A stretch of 64,000 nt of DNA. It comes from Stylophora pistillata (Eukaryota). A program made the position numbers and the translations under genes. The notes under the pieces were generated by a model that was not told the origin of the DNA, made no database searches, and saw nothing but the letters and a program-made list of their open reading frames with translations. The first letter of the stretch is position 1; the number at the start of each line of letters is the position of its first letter. The DNA lies in NCBI RefSeq assembly GCF_002571385.2, contig NW_019218064.1, forward strand, positions 240,414 to 304,413, in the 5' to 3' direction. Of the stretch, positions 58,852 through 64,000 are shown piece after piece.

Positions 58852-61800
58852 CAGTGTGTTTTTAACTACCGTGATCGTAAGTTTGACGCAAGTTTCGGTA
58901 GATTCACGCTCGTTTAGCGTACTTTCTTTGTCTTGCTACCGCGATCCTTAAGGCTGGACAAGGTGACAGTGTTTTATGTCTTAAGTTCGATAAGTGTTTG
59001 TTTTGAGGTTTATTTCCGATTTATTTCATGTGTTTTTGTGTAGCGTCGCTCGACAGATGTTCGCATCGAGTCTTAAGTGTAATTTTTGGAATTGTTTTAG
59101 TTTTACGACTTCAGTTGAGGTCAGTAAAGAACTACCAGCCTTAACTACATTGGTTCGTTTAATCTATGTATTTACAGAAATGTACATCTGATGAGCAGTG
59201 TAAACGTTACTTGTAACTCATCGTGTTCAAACTGTCCGTTACAAGTCTAAAAAAGTAGTACTAAGCTGCCTCGCCACTTTGAGATTTCCATGACTGATGA
59301 CAAGCCCCTAATTTAGCAGAGGAGATGGCTTTACCGCTAGCGAGGAGAGTATCACCTCTGGCTGTATTTGAGCTCTTTTTTAACTGACCCTGGAAAGGTT
59401 GTTAAGCATGCTCTTTGGTATCGTTGCAGGATCGAAAACCGCGTTTTGTTCGAAGTTACATGATGAAGTCGCAAAGGAATTTTCTACTCTTGAAGATTGT
59501 GGCAGATATTTATTATGCATAGCCTTTCATGATTAGATGATTATGCCTTCTGAGAGGACAGATAGTGGATTATTAATAAACTTCTAAATTAGTCAGCAGT
59601 GACAGACAACGGGTATGTACAGTTTGGTGGGTGTCGGGTGTGAGGTTGAATTAGTGCCTGTTCCTTCCAAGCCGTCTTTGAACCGACGGGGTCCTACACC
59701 AAAATAGTCAGGGCTTTATGGTAAAATATGGAAATTTCAAAGTTATTTCTGCGAATAGCTGTTGTGTGTAAATCAAGCTCCATAGAGTTAGTTCAAGAGT
59801 AGAACATTTCCCTCATTCAAGGAAAGAACTATAAAACACAGAAGATTTGTCTTTATTCTATTCACAGTCCATGAGCACGGAAACGACAATATGCTTGAAA
59901 GCTTTCTGAGACTTTTCCTGAAAACACACCAATTTATATAATTTGACATTTATTTTTAAACTATAGACATCCTATACAGCGACAGGAGACACTTTTTCGG
60001 CTTTTTTTCGCTCAAATAAGACTTCTTAGGCCGGTGTGAAAAATGAAACCGAAGTAAGTTAAGGCGATTGCAACAAAAAGTAGAAAGGGTGTCTTCCCCA
60101 AAAAGCTATACACAACACCACGAGCTCCCGTAGAACGATAACCCCAAACTCCTTAGTTCCGATTCCAAACAGTGTCGTGTCGAATTCTCTTTAAGTTTAA
60201 CCTAAAATCAAAATATCTTAATTGACTTTACCACTAAAAGTTGACTGACATTTAAATTGTAAGCGACAACTTCTTACACTTTACTAAATTTCACACCACA
60301 TCATTAATTTTTCACAAAACTGGCTAAAGCATGAAAGCAAAAATGTTTTTTGCTGAAGAATATATCGTACAAATAATGTTAAATCATCTGAAGTTTTGAC
60401 CTGACATAACACTATATTTATAGTTATTTCGAATTTCAAAAGCTGGGTTTTTCTGGTGTCCAAAAAGAGGTATTTCAGTGAACGTCCAGACTTCTTTCCG
60501 CAAATGCCGGTAGCAGTGATGACGAGAAAAGGAAAGATCCCAGACGATAAAACTGCCATTTTTGTCAACGTTTCATATCCTGGGCGCAGACCCTTGCGAA
60601 TCTCTTAAGAGTATTAACTTTGTCAGTCCTTCCTTCCTTCGAAGCAGTGACGGAATATGTATTTTCTTATGATAGTTGTGATATCAGGTGTTCAGTTTGG
60701 GGGAGTGATGTAGTGTGGCAGCACAAGAATCTTCAGTGGGCATAACGAAGAGGAAAGAAATGAAGCCTTTTTTCTGAGAGGTAATTTAATTTCGTGATTG
60801 ATCCTGATATCATCCGTACTTGTATTGGGAAACAATAATAAAAATCCCTTACATCATAAGCCTGATAAGCTTGCAACAAAATGCGCAAAGCTTAGTTAGA
60901 CAAAAATTCCAACAAAACGTCGTCCTCTGAGCATATTGTGCTTTAAGAACAACTCACCGTAAGTACTTTACTCTGTCGATTAAATAACACTGTAAGATCA
61001 AAGAATACGGTGAAATTAACGCAATAGAAGCTTAACAAATTTCCAGCTGATCTTCATTGTCGTTTCCGTTAGCAATCCAGGTAGGGATTCCGGAAAGTAT
61101 GGCGGTTCTAATAATTCTTGTTTATCAAGATAAACATACTGAAATTAAAATCGAAGAAAGATGACAATTTCTATTTTAAACAACTCCAGCTGCGTTTTAA
61201 TTTAATTTCTTAATAACCAAATAGGTTTGCCGGTCTTCTAGAGTTACAGAAAATACCTTCAGGATTTCTCTACTCTTAAGTTTCTGTCTGTAGCAGTAGT
61301 TTGGCCGTAGTCTGTTGTGAGAGTAAAAACAAAACCACCTTGGCCAAAAGAACATGAGTTGATATTCTCTTGCCCTGGCGTATTTATTTGGATTTGCCAT
61401 TCACTTTGTTCATTTTGAACCCAATAACTATGAGATGTTCCTGATACTAATTGGATAATGTTACACCTCTGTCTCAAAACTAATTCAAGGTGAGGAGATT
61501 TGTTTTCGTCGGAATGGTTTTACTACACCCAATTCATTCCCCCAGGCTGAAGCGGTGTCCAAAGAACGTACATTTATTTTCAGTTCTTTCAGCCAGAAGT
61601 GAACTACCAAGATATGTTTCCTGTATCACGAAAACATCCACGAACTAAACTGTGCGTGCTTGCGCATAGTACTTGAAGTTACCACTTATGTCAATTTCCT
61701 TAGGAAATAAAAAACTGGCTCTAAGAAGTTCCAAAATCCCAAACCTTTCCTGATAATAAAAGTAAGATTTCTTTAAACAGATCAAAGTATTTCATTCTTT

Positions 61801-63552
61801 CAGGCCTAAACCTTACCCCCCTCCCCCCCCATGAATAAACTGTTTCTAAATTGCGTGATATTTCTAAAATTCAGAAAATCTTGAATTGCGGTACTAGAAA
61901 GTTTTCTTTAGGGATAATACTAAGTCAACAGAAGCTAACTAAATGTTATCACTACTCACTTTATTTGCTTTGTTCTTAATTCGCTTATGTTTAATACAAG
62001 CGCACTTTTTCTGTGTGGTTTTACTGCCTTCGAGGTGGAAACAAAGTTCTTTGCCCTCATATGGAAGTCAACTGTTGTCGCAAAGGCGAAAGTTCTGGTT
62101 CAGGTGCAGAGTTAATTAAAAACATTATACGTATAACCATCTTTGTTTCATTATAAGACTCTTTCAAAGCAGCAGGCATGTTTATCTTTCAGCATGTCAT
62201 TGACCTTTAGTATCTCGTTTCGAAATGAAATGAAATTCTTCGGCGGCGAACGAGTTCAGCAAGTGTCTTTAATTCAAGCTGAACGCACCGGCCTCAGAGC
62301 GAGAAAGTACTGAAGCAATTAAATTTTAACTTTTCTTAATTGCTTTTTCTTAGTGCGCTATTAACATGAAATCAAGAACGCGCATTTTAATCTTCAGTTA
62401 ATCTTGAGTTTACTCTTACTTTCCCGCCTCTGAGTAGAAAAAATTAATTAACTTCGAAAGCATACTGTGCAACCACAATGGAAAATCAGTGCATGTGAAA
62501 TTTTTTCATTTTAAAAGCTTATATCACGTGCCTTACATAAGAAAAGCACATCCGATAAACATTGACCTCAATTGTTAAGATGTTTGTTTAACTTCAGGCG
62601 TTCATTGTTATCACTTTTTGAAATCGCGTTCAGCTTTTAATATACTGTGCACTCGACCACAGCGTTCAAAAGGCGAAACTGGCTAAATTGCATGTTTCAA
62701 AAGGTAAATCTTTCAATAGTTATAACAAATCTGCATTACGTTCCCTTCTTATTCTGTAAGTAGGGGCGTCAGCTCGAAATTCTCTCTTACTTTAAAATAA
62801 ACGAGTTCCTAGTCGTAATGGTCCTAAAAGTCCTAAAACTAAGTCCTGCGTAAATAATTACTGTTTTGTAAAAGGCTCTATTCAAATACTGTTTGTTAAG
62901 TAGATCGCTGAAACCTTCAGCAAAGCTCATTTGAAATTTATAAGTTCCTTTGCTAAATCTCGAAACAGATAAAAAGGAAGAGCTTCTAAAGATCCCCCCT
63001 GCTTGTAACCAAGCATGTATAGAGTGTGTGTTTCAAAACAAAAATTTATTAAAGTTTAGGACGAACTACGAGAGAATCGAAACACTTGAAAAATACCAGG
63101 CCCAAATCAACCGAATGAATGACGCAATTTAAAAAGATTTACAAAGAACTTGTCGCCAGCTATTCAAAAGCGGCGACTTTTCTGCTAATGATATATGATT
63201 TGAAAGAAGCAAACCCAAATAAAACATTCCATTCTTGAAATTGTGTCGAGAATTAGCACTTTAAGCTGAGTTTTATGATGTTTTGTCAAACGGACAAATG
63301 TCTGGAACGATAAATATCGACCAAAAACATTTCATTTCAACATTGAATCATTTTGAAATCATTTGTAAATCGTTTTGAACAGGAAATGTACCAAACACAT
63401 TTTGGGCCGGCTCTTGTCACTCAACCGAATTTGTTCGATAATTTATCCTCTTAATAAAAATTCCCTTCGTAATGCTCTCTACGCTGCGGAGACGTTGTCT
63501 TGTAAATGGCTTTTAAAAGATCTTAACATCTCCCGCAATGCTCTTGGTTTCT

Positions 63553-63999
63553 CTAAAGAATAGTCTCTTTTTCCGCGCACAACTGGGCGCCTAAAATGTT
63601 CTTCTCCTTCGTAGGGAATGGAATCTCCCGTTGCGCCCCGTAACGAGTGTTTTTGTCTCCTCTCGAGACTTCAAATTCTTGGCAAAGTTTTTTCAAAAGA
63701 GCTTCCGTTTCTCTTAGCCATTTCATGGTATCATTTTCTGAGTTTTGTTGTGAAAGATGGCCGTTTAATGAGTTATCATACAGCGAGTTACGGATTTCCG
63801 CCTTAGCAGCGACGCTTCCATTGGGAATTTTATCACCTCTCGGTTTCGTCTTGTGCGAATTATTGTTCTCTTCAGTTTCACTTTCCGTCATGAATTTCTT
63901 TGTTGGTATTTTAGAGACAGACCGTTGACCTTGGTTTGTCTTCAAGGCTCCTTGATTTGCCACACAATTTCCGTTACGAATTAAAGCTTCCCTCTGCAG
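63553..63999 (-). CDS. 3' end of a coding sequence entering from the right edge; hydrophilic tail ending KETIL, possibly a ninth GPCR
   Basis: The frame is open to the window edge (LQREALIRNGNCVANQ...). Composition is S/N/K/E-rich like the other receptor tails, and it ends in E-T-x-L. No TM region lies in the window. Confidence 0.55.
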   Translation of the reverse strand: MQREALIRNGNCVANQGALKTNQGQRSVSKIPTKKFMTESETEENNNSHKTKPRGDKIPNGSVAAKAEIRNSLYDNSLNGHLSQQNSENDTMKWLRETEALLKKLCQEFEVSRGDKNTRYGAQREIPFPTKEKNILGAQLCAEKETIL

Positions 64000-64000
64000 A

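Noticed and set aside
59460-59553. ATGATGA...CTGA as a C/D box snoRNA
   Set aside because: No terminal stem and no recognisable rRNA-complementary guide.
1-64000. A neuropeptide precursor gene linked to the receptors
   Set aside because: I found no ORF with a signal peptide plus repeated G-K/R-flanked peptides; small exons or gap content cannot be excluded.

Overview
This is AT-rich eukaryotic (animal) genomic DNA with two large N gaps. The repeat families and receptor sequences suggest a cnidarian, probably a stony coral; that is inference, not a search result. The window opens with the first two coding exons of a PM20D1-like M20 peptidase (minus strand). It is otherwise dominated by a tandem cluster of paralogous class A (rhodopsin-like, neuropeptide-receptor-type) GPCRs with intronless coding sequences. 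Six look intact, one looks like it is decaying (ECL2 Cys lost, C-tail out of frame), one is a clear pseudogene broken by a Penelope-like retroelement, and a possible ninth tail sits at the right edge. The receptors share an acidic ECL1 'LEE' patch, a TM6 without the toggle Trp ('xPNQ..WLW.DF'), dense [RK][RK]xS sites and a C-terminal [EQ]-[ST]-x-C-stop motif. That motif is also preserved out of frame downstream of the decaying copy. Intergenic DNA holds tRNA-derived SINEs (two copies with different 3' tails), tRNA-Thr-like repeats, a hammerhead-like Penelope-type motif, MITEs, a LINE remnant inside a nested inverted repeat, and several local duplications.
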